A stretch of 64,000 nt of DNA from Lytechinus pictus (lineage: Eukaryota), in contig NC_087252.1 in NCBI RefSeq assembly GCF_037042905.1, forward strand, positions 26,786,001 to 26,850,000. Reading direction: 5' to 3'. Position 1 is the stretch's first letter; each line of letters starts with the position of its first letter. Made by a program: the position numbers and the translations under genes. Below, piece after piece: positions 51,970 to 64,000 of this stretch. The notes below the pieces were generated by a model. That model was given only the letters and a program-made list of their open reading frames with translations. It had not been told where the DNA came from and did not search any database.

Positions 51970-52587
51970 GTTGCCTTGCCATTGGTATCGCATACTCGTT
52001 CCCACTCACACGTATTGCGAGGTTAGTATTAGTCACCCACACAAGCTAATTACGAGGTTAGTTAGTATGTTATACTGTGCAGTGACTGGTGTTAAGTACT
52101 ACTTTACTACTACTTACAGTACACGAATATACTAGCGTCGGACTGTACGCGCACAGAAGCTGACTCCGGGATCTTTCGGAGGGGATCAATGGTTGCAGTT
52201 ACCGATTATCTGCAAGTGCAAAGAAAATTCCACTGTAGATTGTAGGTCCTAAATATGCAGCTTATAAGTACTGTTCCAGATCACTAGATATTCTGGAATT
52301 TAATTGTCTATATCCACTATCCAGTCCAAATTCTGCCAGATTCTTCAAGTTCAAAATTGAAGGAAGCAGACTACACAGACATGACAGAATTAGGAGTCCG
52401 ACGTCGCGACTAATTCTGCGCATCAGAATAGTATGGTATTTTTAAATAGGCACATTTGATGCTTGTATTTCCTTCTTCAATTTCTTCTAGTTATGTGACG
52501 GTAGGCCTATGACATATCTCGTACTTACTGTGAAAGGCCTAGCCAGCTGCAAAGGACGAGGGCGTTTCTGGAAATTCTGGTCTTGAA

Positions 52588-55248
52588 CTACATTTTTTTT
52601 CCTTGTTTTTCTCCTTTATTTTCTATATTAATCGACACATTTGCTGCTTCTGCTGTCATCCTGAGTGCCAACTGGGCCATAGCTGGTGCTGGCTTGTCGC
52701 CAAATGTAACAACTTTCATAATGTAAACATCTGGCTTTTTATCAGTCTCCATATCTCGCCACAGGTACCGATGTACATTCATATCTCTCTCAGGAATTGA
52801 GACCCTGTGATACATCTTAGAAATGTCACCACAAAATCCTACTTCATTCATCCGGAATCTCAGCAACACTCCAAGCAGATCATTGAGAAGATCTGGACCC
52901 TTTAGCCAATAGTCATTTAAGCAATGACCCTGATATGATGAAGACGAATTGAAGACGATGCGTACAGGGGTACTTCTCTTCTCAGGCCGGAGAACAGCGT
53001 GGTGGGAAATGTAGTGAACAGGACCCTCGTACTGAGCTACTTCATTCTCTGTTAACTTTCGTGCAAATCCATTCTCTATCAGTTCCCTCATTTGTTTTCT
53101 ATATGCATCTGCATGGTCTGGGTTTCGAGCTAGTCTTTTCTCAGTCGAACACAGTACCTTCTCTGCTTGTGCTCGATTGTTAGGAAGTAGGTTGGGATCC
53201 TTTCTCCATGGATAAGCAATCTCCCACTTGTTTCCAACCTTTCTACTAGACTCTCTGATAATCTGCTCCTCAACCTTCTCCTGCTTGCTCAAAGGGCTTG
53301 GCTCACAATGGCAGGAACTAGACTGCACCCCCATAGATTCTGAGCTCCAGAAATCGGTCAAGTCAATTGGGGATGTCAACTTCACATGCAGCACATTCAT
53401 CCTATCATTCCTTCTTTTGGGAGCACCAAAGATGACCCAGCCCAGTGGGGATTTTCGGGCTACTAACTGTCCCTTCTCTCTCGTTTCACCAAGATGCATC
53501 TTTGGGTAGTCAATACCTATGAGAAGATGAACTGACCCACTTCCTCTGCGTAGATCCTCAGACTTCAGATTAAACTGCTTGGAAATTTCATTCATCTTCA
53601 CTTGTGCAATATTTTCACTGATACAGGGTAATGCCACTGCTGCTAAAGAATGAATGGCATTGGTAGAGAGGGACCTCACTTTTATCTGATACTGTTTGGT
53701 TTCCATCTGCTCTTGCTCTCCACCAACCTTAGTGATTGTGATATTTATGTTGCTTCCCTTCAGATTCATCTCCTTAGCAACAGACATCTTGATGAGGCTT
53801 ACTTGAGCTCCAGAGTCTAAGAGCACATTTCCCTTACAGACTGCTCCTTGTTGCCCCAGGATCTCCGCTGTAACTACGGGTAACAGTGCCTCAGAGTTGC
53901 CCGCAAAGGCGACATCTACATTTCCACCTCGGACCTCTGTTGAAGCATGAAGGAGGGGGTGGTGGAAGTACTTGCATGGTTCTCCGGCAGTAGTTTCACT
54001 ACATCGACGTTTCCGTTTACAGTTTGACATTCTGTGATCCTTACCAGCCTTCTTTAGACAGCTATAACAGGCATGATGATCCTTGAGTAGCTTCAGTCTC
54101 TCGGATTGTGACATGGCTAAAAACTTACGACACTGATCAAGCCAATGTGATGATGTTTCACAGAGCCAGCATTTGTGAAATAACCTCTGGACTTTGTTTT
54201 CCTGGCTGGCTACTGTCTTCCCGACTAGATGTACACCACTTGACTTCGAATCACTTCGGACTGGGGCCGAAGCTCTCATCCTTGACTTCAGTTCAACTGT
54301 AAGCCATGTCAGAAACATTTCAAAGCTTGCCTTGCCACTTGCCTCTTGATGCCTAAACCACACCAGTCGGTCTTCCGGGCTTAGCTTCCTTTCCATTATG
54401 GCAAGCATATGGCTATTGTTCAAATTTCCTGGCTGGTTGATTTCCATGAGGGTATTGTAACTCCTCCGAACGAGATGCACAAACTCACAAAATCTTTCAT
54501 CTTCTCCGCTTTTGAGTGGTTTGACTTTTGAGATGTCATTGATTATAGCGTCGGCAACAAAGCGCTCATCTCCATATATCATGTCCAACTGTTCCCATGC
54601 TGCTTGGTAGTTATGCCCAATTCCTTTAATCAACTGCAAGGGTTTGCTCTGTAAACATGACCTCAGAATCATTAGGGCATCTCTATCCTCATACTGTCTG
54701 CCAACAGCATGTAAAAAATCTGCCTTGAAAATGCAGTAATCACGGATGTTGCCATCAAAGGTGGGAAGTTTAGGCCTTTCCATCCTATAAACAGATCCTG
54801 ACATTCTCCTTCCTGCTTCAGGAGGCTGATTTGTCTGTCTTGGTGACTGATCTTGCTGTTCATCTGCTGATAAAGTTGTTTCCATACTCTGATGGCTTGT
54901 CGATGCTCTAAGATGATGCTCTTGGAGCTGCTGTGCTTCTCTGTGGCTCTCATTATCTTTGCAATAGTCTCTTTCAAGGATCTGCAGCTTCAAAAATGAA
55001 TTGTGGCACTCTTCCATCCACAACTCTTCTCTTTCAAATTCCTCGTCATCCTCTAGCACTTCCGAATAACTGTCATGCTTATTTTGTAAATCCTCAAAAG
55101 CACCAGCATACTGTGCAAACGATTCCTGAACTTCTGGAACAGGTCGCTCTCCATCGATCAAGCTCTGAAGGGCCTTTCCAAACCTGGTCAACTTGGCTTT
55201 TGCCCCTCTCCGCTGCAGGCGCAGATTCTTAACCTTCTCGGCTGACAT
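52588..55248 (-). CDS. Duplicated, truncated BEL Gag-PR-partial RT ORF (886 aa)
   Basis: Identical to the N-terminal part of the 1732-aa ORF up to MTAEAA, then NVSINIENKGEKQGKKM from flanking DNA; lacks YMDD, RNase H and integrase. Confidence 0.85.
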   Translation of the reverse strand: MSAEKVKNLRLQRRGAKAKLTRFGKALQSLIDGERPVPEVQESFAQYAGAFEDLQNKHDSYSEVLEDDEEFEREELWMEECHNSFLKLQILERDYCKDNESHREAQQLQEHHLRASTSHQSMETTLSADEQQDQSPRQTNQPPEAGRRMSGSVYRMERPKLPTFDGNIRDYCIFKADFLHAVGRQYEDRDALMILRSCLQSKPLQLIKGIGHNYQAAWEQLDMIYGDERFVADAIINDISKVKPLKSGEDERFCEFVHLVRRSYNTLMEINQPGNLNNSHMLAIMERKLSPEDRLVWFRHQEASGKASFEMFLTWLTVELKSRMRASAPVRSDSKSSGVHLVGKTVASQENKVQRLFHKCWLCETSSHWLDQCRKFLAMSQSERLKLLKDHHACYSCLKKAGKDHRMSNCKRKRRCSETTAGEPCKYFHHPLLHASTEVRGGNVDVAFAGNSEALLPVVTAEILGQQGAVCKGNVLLDSGAQVSLIKMSVAKEMNLKGSNINITITKVGGEQEQMETKQYQIKVRSLSTNAIHSLAAVALPCISENIAQVKMNEISKQFNLKSEDLRRGSGSVHLLIGIDYPKMHLGETREKGQLVARKSPLGWVIFGAPKRRNDRMNVLHVKLTSPIDLTDFWSSESMGVQSSSCHCEPSPLSKQEKVEEQIIRESSRKVGNKWEIAYPWRKDPNLLPNNRAQAEKVLCSTEKRLARNPDHADAYRKQMRELIENGFARKLTENEVAQYEGPVHYISHHAVLRPEKRSTPVRIVFNSSSSYQGHCLNDYWLKGPDLLNDLLGVLLRFRMNEVGFCGDISKMYHRVSIPERDMNVHRYLWRDMETDKKPDVYIMKVVTFGDKPAPAMAQLALRMTAEAANVSINIENKGEKQGKKM

Positions 55249-56336
55249 ATTTCTTAAAGACTTCTGATCCCTGATGTAAAGAGTCGTCAGATCCAGACAG
55301 CAGACTACTTGTGGTGACCATCAGACCTCTTCCCAGATGAAAGAAATTGAATTTGGCATAACTACCAAGCAGCATGTTATTTCGTAGTCTTCGACGATCC
55401 AACAATTCAATTTCTTGGGCGGCATTTCCCAGTCAACATCAAGTAAAATAAGATAATTTCATTTTCAAGCGTCCCTTCTCCCTGTTCTCTGCAAACTAAA
55501 CAACGTGGCATCTGCGAAATGCATATTCATGAGCAGAATTACATTACTTACGAAAGCTTCAGGGTAGCACCAAAGTGACAAATTAAACCTTGAAAATACA
55601 TATAATAAAAATGTGAAAGAAAAAGACAAATTCATAATTTTAAGGTTTGTTCAGCAAACCAGTTGCCTTGCCATTGGTATCGCATACTCGTTCCCACTCA
55701 CACGTATTGCGAGGTTAGTATTAGTCACCCACACAAGCTAATTACGAGGTTAGTTAGTATGTTATACTGTGCAGTGACTGGTGTTAAGTACTACTTTACT
55801 ACTACTTACAGTACACGAATATACTAGCGTCGGACTGTACGCGCACAGAAGCTGACTCCGGGATCTTTCGGAGGGGATCAATGGTTGCAGTTACCGATTA
55901 TCTGCAAGTGCAAAGAAAATTCCACTGTAGATTGTAGGTCCTAAATATGCAGCTTATAAGTACTGTTCCAGATCACTAGATATTCTGGAATTTAATTGTC
56001 TATATCCACTATCCAGTCCAAATTCTGCCAGATTCTTCAAGTTCAAAATTGAAGGAAGCAGACTACACAGACATGACAGAATTAGGAGTCCGACGTCGCG
56101 ACTAATTCTGCGCATCAGAATAGTATGGTATTTTTAAATAGGCACATTTGATGCTTGTATTTCCTTCTTCAATTTCTTCTAGTTATGTGACGGTAGGCCT
56201 ATGACATATCTCGTACTTACTGTGAAAGGCCTAGCCAGCTGCAAAGGACGAGGGCGTTTCTGGAAATTCTGGTCTTGAACTACATTTTTTTTCCTTGTTT
56301 TTCTCCTTTATTTTCTATATTAATCGACACATTTGC
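52642..56336. repeat. Tandem duplication (period 3692 bp) of 48950-52644, including a third LTR at 55375-55661
   Basis: ORF tracks repeat at an offset of exactly 3692; TGC microhomology at the junction. Confidence 0.93.
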
Positions 56337-56626
56337 ATCCCCCGGTGCATGCAGCCTCTCTATTCTACCCCATCTTTATTTTTGTTTTCACTTTAGACTT
56401 AGTTTTAGTTCCTCTTTCCCTTCCCATTATTTTCCTACTCTCTCGATTTCTTTTCCCCTTATTGCTGGGGGATACCAAGGGTGACATGGATAGACAAGCA
56501 AACTTACTTGATCGACCCCCCCCCCCCCTTGGCCCCATTGGAAATTATGCGAGTAGTCTTGTCTTGTCTTGGGTTAAGTCGGCATATGCAGACTTGCTGT
56601 ACTCCGCCAACTTTATCAATTATCAA

Positions 56627-56921
56627 CAGGGGCGGATCCAGCTTTTTATAAAGGGGGGGGTTGGGGTGGTATGCGAGGGAGCGTAGCGACCGAGTCCAAG
56701 CGAGCGAGGGGGGAGGGTGTGGGAGGGGGGTGTCCCCCCTCCCACAGTAGGGAAAATTTTTGAAAATCTGTGTGTGAAAATGGCGTTTTCTTGCATAAAA
56801 TAGAATAAAATAAAATTACAAGTTTAAAAAAAAAGATAAGATTTAAAAAAATGGTCCCCGGATTTTTTTTTGGGGGGGGGGTTGCAACCCCCCCAACCCC
56901 CCCCCTCTAGATCCGCTTCTG
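56627..56921. mobile_element. CAGGGGCGGATC-type MITE
   Basis: caggggcggatccag / ctagatccgcttctg imperfect TIR; ATCAA on both sides. Confidence 0.65.
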
Positions 56922-58338
56922 ATCAATTCTCCAATGAACCAGTTTCTAACGTTCTCAACACTGCGTATATTATGCCGGGATATTATGTTGACTGTCAAAC
57001 AAATATCCAACAAACTATAGTCTCCAACATTGTGTCAATGTTAACTGTCAACAACTCTCCAATAAACTATTCCAATTACGCTGTCCACGTTGTGCCATTG
57101 TCCGTTGTTCAACAACTCTCCATCAAACTAGTTTCCAACTTTGTCAACGTTGTGCCATTGTCGACTGTCCAACAAATCTCCAAGAAAATAGTTTCCAACG
57201 TTGTTCCTTTGTCGGTTGTTCAGCAACTCTCCATCGAACTAGTTTCCGACGTAGTCAACGCTGTGCCTTTGTTGGCTGTTCAACACCTATCCAATCAAAC
57301 ACGCGGCTCCAACGTTGTGACGTTGTTGGCTGTCCAACAAATCTCCAACACACTAGTTTCCAATGTTGTGCCATTGCCTGTTGTTCAACAACTTTCCAAC
57401 GTTGCCAACGTTGTGTCATCGTCGACTATCCTACTGATCTCCAATCTACCAGTTTCCAACTTTGTGCCAGTGTCAGTTGTTCAACAACCTCCCATCTAAC
57501 TAGTTTCCAGCTTTATCAACGTTGTGTCATTGTATACTATCTAACTAATCTCCAATCTACCAAATTCCAACGTTGTGCCATCGTCGACTATCCAACAAAT
57601 CTCCATCGAACTAGTTTCTAGCTTTGACAACGTTGTGCCATAGTTGGTTGTTCAACAACTTTCCATCGAACTATAGTTTCCAACGTTGCCAACCTTGTGT
57701 CATCGTCGACTATCCAACTAATCTCCAACCTACTAGTTTCCATCGTTGTGCCATTGTCGACTGTCCAACAACTCTCCAACTAACAAGTTTCCAACGTTGC
57801 CAACGTCGTGTCATTGTTGATTGTTCAACAACTTTCCAGCGAACTAGTTTCCAACGTTGCCAACGTTGTGCCTTTGCTGGCTGTCAACAACTATCCAATC
57901 AAACGTGTCTCCAACGTTGTGACATTGTCGACTGTCCAACAACTCTCCAACTTACTAGTCTCCAACGATGTGCCATTGTCGACCGTCCAACAAATCTCCA
58001 ACAAACTAGTTTCCAACTTTGTCAACGTTGTGCCATTGTCGGTTGTTCAACAACTTTCCAGCGAACTAGTTTCCAACGTTGCCAACGTTGTGCCTTTGCT
58101 GGCTGTTCAACAACTATCCAATCAAACGTGTTTCCAACGTTGTGACATTGTCGACTGTCCAACTACTCTCCAACTAACAAGTTTCCAACGTTGCCAACGT
58201 CGTGTCATTGTTGATTGTCCATCATCTTTCCATCAAACTAGTTTCCAACGTCGATTCAACGTTAATCCATCAAGTTTTTCCAACGTCCAACGACTTTCAA
58301 GTTTCCAACGTGGAGCCAACGTTGGCTTGTTACCTGGG

Positions 58339-58570
58339 TGGGTTCGAATCGCAGCCATGGCATCTTTTCCTTCAGCAAGAAATTAACCCACATTGTGCTG
58401 CACTCGACCCAGGTGAGGTGAATGGGTACCCGGTAGGATTTATTCCTTGAATGCTTTAGCGCCTATATGTCGGATCAGCTACAGCCGGGGTAATAATATG
58501 ATATCGAGTATCAAGCGCAGTAGAGTATGCAATTATAGTAGCTGTGCTATATAAATGGACCATAATTAAG
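58339..58570 (+). mobile_element. 3' part (B box and body) of the split tRNA-derived SINE
   Basis: GGTTCGAATC B box followed by a SINE-like core (gcactcgacccaggtg...aatgggtacc). Confidence 0.8.
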
Positions 58571-58699
58571 CCTAGGTAGAGATAACTTTAAGGTTGTTTT
58601 TGGCAATTGGACTGAGGACATTAAATGAAACAAATCAATGTAAACAATAATATTATTCCAGACATCTACTCTCCAGTCTTTTTTTTTCACTGCTATTAA

Positions 58700-61600
58700 G
58701 TTTTGTTATTTAATTGATTTGGTCGAACTCGATCGAACGCGAGCGAACAGCTTCACCGACTATACTATCAATATTTTCCAAGATTTTGCATGAAAATTGC
58801 AACATTTTGACAGCTTGTATGATTAATTCGTCTTAAGCATGTGATATTCGTTGATATTTCCATCTTATGCCATCCATTTTACCAAATTTGTGATTCAAAT
58901 CATCAACTTAAGGACCATTTTAGGTGAGAGAATATGTGCTGTCATTCTTGGATTTAGTTGCGCGGAACGTCCCCTTATTTCAACGGGCCGACTCCGGGGA
59001 CCTATTCATGTTGTTTTATACCTTATATATACACAGGTACTTCTCATCAGTGACTACGAGCGTTCACAGCTGATTGCGTCTACACTTAATTGCATTCCGT
59101 CGTGATTGTGCATTCGCTTCTCACGAGGTACTGTTGTTCGGGTTCGAGTATACACGAGTAATTACTGTACGGGGTTTGCTTATCAGGTTTCTCTGATCTT
59201 ACACTATGTCTAAACTACAAAATTCATCTCTATCTACGAGGCAACCAGGCAGTCTTAGTCAGCTAAAACCCCACAAAGGAATGCAATTATTAAGGAGATC
59301 GTTCACCATGATGATTTTTTTTTTGTGTGTGAGGTGAAGAAAGCTGTTACAGAAGCTGTGAAAGATGCTTTGAAAGACGAGACCTTGAAATGGTTACACA
59401 TCAACTTGATATGTATGAATCTCGAATATTCTCTCTTGAGACAGAGAAAGATTTGAACTCTTCGAAATTGAGAGCGATGGAGAAGAAATTAGCTGAACAG
59501 AGTGAGGAGATTTCGGAATCTACAAAACAAGTCTCAAGAAGCCGAGCAATATTCAAGACGGAACTCGATTCGGATTTTTGGCTGCCCGGAATGAGAGAGA
59601 GAAAGTACTGACGATATCATTCTTCTTATGGCTAAAGATAAATTGGGAGTGCAAATCAGCATCAACGATGTAGACAGAAGTCATCGGACGGGCCAAGTAA
59701 GGAGAGGATCAACACCATCGAATTCGTCCGGATCATTGACGAATAATTCTCAATCTCGTCATCGCCCGATCCTTGTTAAATTCGCAACATACCGCGCTCA
59801 CCAAGCTGTCATGAGGGCGAGGCGAAAGCTGAAAGATTCTGGTCTCTCAATAGCGGAAGACTTATCTCTTGCAAACTACAAGTTACTGAGAGCAGCTAGG
59901 GAATGAAATAATGTCTCTTCCGCTTGGTCGCAAGATGGACGGATTTTCGTAGCCCAGCCAGCAAGTAATGGAAAAACCAATAAGAAGTTGATCAAGTCCG
60001 TCGAAGATCTAAAAAAGCTGTAAGAAACATCTTTTCCGTTGATGAATTTATGACTCGTGAATTGTGATGGCATCGTATGTGGTGTATCATTCTAACACAA
60101 ACAAACACATTGCTTTTTTTTTCTATTGACTTTCATTGTTCGACATTTGTAAATCTAACCTGTTTAAGCAGTTTTTACTAATTTATTTATCTTGGGAACT
60201 CCATTTCTTTTAAGCTATATTTGATAGGAAATTTTTAATGCTAAGGTAATATCCATGCGGATTATGTAGGAAGTCTGTAAAATCAAACCAAAGAGGCCTT
60301 TTATGAACGCAATGTAAAAATTGGATTCACGTATCATGTGCTCTGGTGCCAGTTAAATTATACGATGATAACACAGAAATGTTCTTGAATTGGGAATGTC
60401 CACAGTGTGCAATGAAACATTTACCGTTTTATGGTGAAAGTAAAATTTCTACAAGTGTATCTTATAATCCAAATAAAGAATTACATGGGAATATTGTTAA
60501 TAATTTTGGGCTGAAATACGACCAGCTTTCAAAGAGTGAAATAAAATGCCTACATATGAATGTGGTCAGTCTTCACAAACATTTTGACGAAATAAAATCA
60601 ATTTTGTGCAGTAATGATATTCATTTATTAGCTCTGAATGAAACAAGATTAGACGATAGTATCAGTGATGCAAAGATCTATATACCTCAATATTCTATTG
60701 TTCGAAATGATCGTGACAGAAAAGGTGGAGGGGTAGCTATCTATGTTCACAATAATTTAATTTTTCATCAATTGAAGCCTGCTTCCCCATATAAGATAGA
60801 AACTTTATCACTACAAATTGATTTAAAAAGAGATAAACCGTTCATGTTTGCCACATGGTATCGCCCTCCTAGCTCCACATGTGATAATCCTGATTACTAT
60901 GAAACTATGTTAACATTTCTTTATGGATTTAATAAACTTATTGTTCTTATGGGAGATATTAGTTTTGATATCTTAAAACAACCACCGACAGGTGGATGTA
61001 AACGATACAACCAACTAAATGCTGTTTATGGTCTGGAACAAATAAATACTTCCGAATACACAAGAATATGCAAAGATTATTCAACACTTGTTGATCATAT
61101 TAAAACGAACTGTGGAGAAAATGTACATTCTTATGGTGTAATTCATAACGGTCTTAGTGACCACTCCATGAGTTTCTTAATTTTGAATGCTCATCAATCA
61201 AATGATAACTCTTCTCAGTCTAAGTCTGTCACATTTCGTAAGTCAAAAGGTATAGATTTAAATGTTTTTAAAACAGAAATCAAGGACATTGACTGGTCTG
61301 TTGTAAAAGAAATGGACAGTGTGGACGACGCTGTCGATAGATGGCAGGAAATTTTGTTGGGTGTAGTTAATAAATATATGCCAATCAAAACCAAGCGAGT
61401 GAGAAAAAACACTCCCCGTGGTTGAACGAACATATTTTTGAATTGATGAAGAAACGAGATAAAATGAAACAAAAGGCAAAAGTTAATGAAAGTGATCTAT
61501 ATTAGAAAAACTATATAGACAGTTGAAAAATAAAGTTACATATGAAAACAGAAAACTTAAAAGAAAATATTTTTGCGATAAGCTGACTGAAACTAAAGAC

Positions 61601-63767
61601 AAAAAGCAAACTTGGCCAACTCTTAAATCTCTCCTACCCAACAAAACTCCCCCGTCATATATTTCGAGTTTGACTCATGATACTTTTGAAACTGCAAATC
61701 ATTTTAATAGTCATTTTGCCAGTGTTGCCAATGCTTTACATGCAGGTAATGATGTTAATATCTCACAAATGTGTAATGTTGCAAATAATGATATGGGAAA
61801 CCTGTTGCCTAGTCGTTTTGAAATCAATTTTAAACTATTGACAGTTTCTGAAACAGACGTATTGAAAGAAATACACAGTCTTAAGAATAAGAAATCAGTC
61901 GGGCTGGATGGAATCAGTTCTTATGTATTAAAAACTTGTGCAACGGATATTTATCAAATAATTGCATATCTAATTAATAAATCAATAACGGATGGTATTG
62001 TTCCTTTCAAATGGAAAATTGCAAAGATTATACCACTGCACAAGAAAGGCGATAAATGTGAACCGGATAATTACAGGCCCATATCGTTATTGCCTTGTGT
62101 CTCGAAACTTTTAGAGAAGGTTGTTCAAAAACAATTACTCCGTTACTTGAATGACAATGATTTACTAGTAAACGAACAATCGGGATTCAGGTCGAAGCAT
62201 TCCACAACTACTGCTCTAATCACGGTGACTGATGAATGCCTTAAAGCGCTGGATCACGGGAAATATACTGGATGTATCTTTGTAGATCTACATAAGGCAT
62301 TTGATACTGTCGAACACCATGTCCTTATTAAAAAACTCTCTCATATTGGCGTTCAAGGAACAACATTGAAATGGTTCCAGGACTATCTCATAAATAAACG
62401 TATTGTAACTTCAATTGGGCAAACATTATCTGATGTATTAACCCTTAATTATGGAGTGCCTCAGGGGTCAATAATAGGCCCGCTGTTGTTCGTGATTTTC
62501 ATTAACGATTTACCATTGTTTTTTACAAAGTGTAAGTTGCATTTCTATGCCGATGATACGGTTCTGTATTATTCCCATAATGATGTTGATGAGATTCAAT
62601 CAGTATTAAATGAAGAGTTAGGTAACCTCCAATCTTGGATGAATATAAATAGACTCATGATAAACTCCAGTAAAACAGTGTGTATGTCAATTGGAACAAA
62701 GAGTATGCTTTCTAAACGTCATACTCTGAATATCAAGTTAAATTCAACTAGACTAAATCAAGTGACAAGTTTCAAATATCTTGGATTAAATTTGGACCCT
62801 GAACTTAAATGGAATATTCATATAGAGCAACTGAACAAAAATATTTGGAAAATTGTTGGCTTTCTAAGGAGACTGAGATATTTTATTAATGAGTCAAATC
62901 TAAAATTGATTTATTCTTCTGTGATTTCACCCCATTTCGATTATGCGGACACTGTTTGGCAAAGTACCAATAAAAATTATTTTGACCAACTCCAGAAGCT
63001 CCAGAATAGAGCGGGAAGAATTATTCTTCGAGTCAACCCCTATGAAGATAAATCAGTTCATGTCATTCACCATTATGTTGAAGTGGGAAACTCTAAAGTT
63101 TCGTCGTAGGAGACACATGTACGCATTATTGTTTAAAACGTTCCATAAGTTAACACCCGATTATATGATTGACAAATTTGTTTTTAACGAAAACCACTAT
63201 GGACTAAGATCAAATTCAAATCTAATGCTTCCCAAACCAAGAACAAATCAATGTAAAGTACATTCTTATATCGTGGATCTGTATTGTACAATAAATTACC
63301 ACTCAAGCTACGCCAGCTGGACACACTTAATATATTTAATAAACACGTTCAGAATTTTTTTGACTATTTTGATATTTGAAATCCGCAATCCCTTATTCAC
63401 TGCCATACGATAGTAATCGGTGTAAATACAGACTAAATTGGGCGTTTAGGTAATCAATAGTTATAGAGGGTGTGTTAAAGGGGAGGGGAGCATTTTCACA
63501 ATGGGATACTTTTTAACCGTAATTTAGTTTTAGTCTTTGCATTTTTCCTTGTAATGTACTGGATTAAGTATTGTGTATTTACAATGTATATTATTGTTTT
63601 TTTAGAATATGTATTTACATTGCAAAGGACCCCATGGAAGAACAGCGGTATTAATACCGCTGAAATGAGCAATCCTCCATATTTTAATTGACGATTTTGC
63701 TTTTTCTTTTTGTAATTTGATCATGTATATATTTTGTTTTATATGGAAATAAATACAAACAAACAAT
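58700..63767 (+). mobile_element. Near full-length decayed CR1/L2-group LINE with ORF1 and PHD-APE-RT ORF2
   Basis: ORF1 remnants ~59207-60022 (DVDRSHR, RPILVKF, IAEDL); PHD-like CGLC...C..WIH..C...WECPQC at ~60255-60410; APE (LNETRL, GGGV, YRPP, SDH); RT 61523-63109 (QSGFR, VDLHKAFDT, GVPQGS, YADD); AATAAA and (ACAA)n tail at ~63750-63767. 5' boundary approximate. Confidence 0.9.
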
Positions 63768-64000
63768 TAATATTTACTTATTTCATACGATTTCTCTTTA
63801 AAAATTCCCAGCCATAACAAAGGAAATCAGTGATAACATAATCCTATTATTTTCATGCGAATCATTGCTACATTAAAACAACGTTATCATAATTGGCTAC
63901 GTGTATGGGAGGGGGGGGCAATAGTGCTCGAGAGAGGGTTTTGACCAAGGAAACAGGTTGGAAAGGATGTGGATATTTTCAAATCAATCTTCTCAGCCAA

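Larger units (their letters stand above)
42270..58338. mobile_element. 16-kb composite non-autonomous DNA transposon, EnSpm/CMC-like
   Basis: 12-bp TIR CCCAGGTAACAA / TTGTTACCTGGG; 2-bp TSD TG; CAACGTTG subterminal arrays at 42290-42660, 43100-43280 and 56930-58325; splits a SINE cleanly; no transposase seen. Confidence 0.88.

Noticed and set aside
48417..55232. Short + strand ORFs overlapping the BEL polyprotein
   Set aside because: Antisense shadow ORFs with no recognisable motifs.
56870..58450. ORFs with VSNVVPLS/FQRCQR repeats (also 42214-42869)
   Set aside because: Translations of CAACGTTG subterminal arrays; open in several frames with no domain.

Overview
AT-rich, repeat-dense animal genomic DNA with no sign of prokaryotic gene organisation. 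The repeat landscape suggests a marine invertebrate such as a sea urchin (inference). A multi-exon + strand gene (probable start exon ~26.5 kb, several micro-exons, a 1.15 kb degenerate-LRR exon and a ZU5 exon at 41.5-41.8 kb) lies among nested mobile DNA: decayed CR1/L2-type and L1/Tx1 LINEs, SINEs, many MITEs and a 2.8 kb foldback element. After the ZU5 exon, a tRNA-derived SINE is split by a 16 kb CCCAG-terminated, EnSpm/CMC-like non-autonomous element. That element contains a very young intact BEL/Pao LTR retrotransposon and a 3692-bp tandem duplication, giving three LTRs. Highlights: (1) the BEL primer-binding-site position does not start with the tRNA-type TGG but is 27/28 complementary to the element's own gag coding sequence, a candidate new self-priming or PBS-occlusion mechanism; (2) the BEL 5-bp TSD lies 690 bp outside the 3' LTR, at a cryptic inverted LTR end; (3) a Penelope-type minimal hammerhead ribozyme at ~1.45 kb. 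Coordinates were read by eye and no database searches were run.
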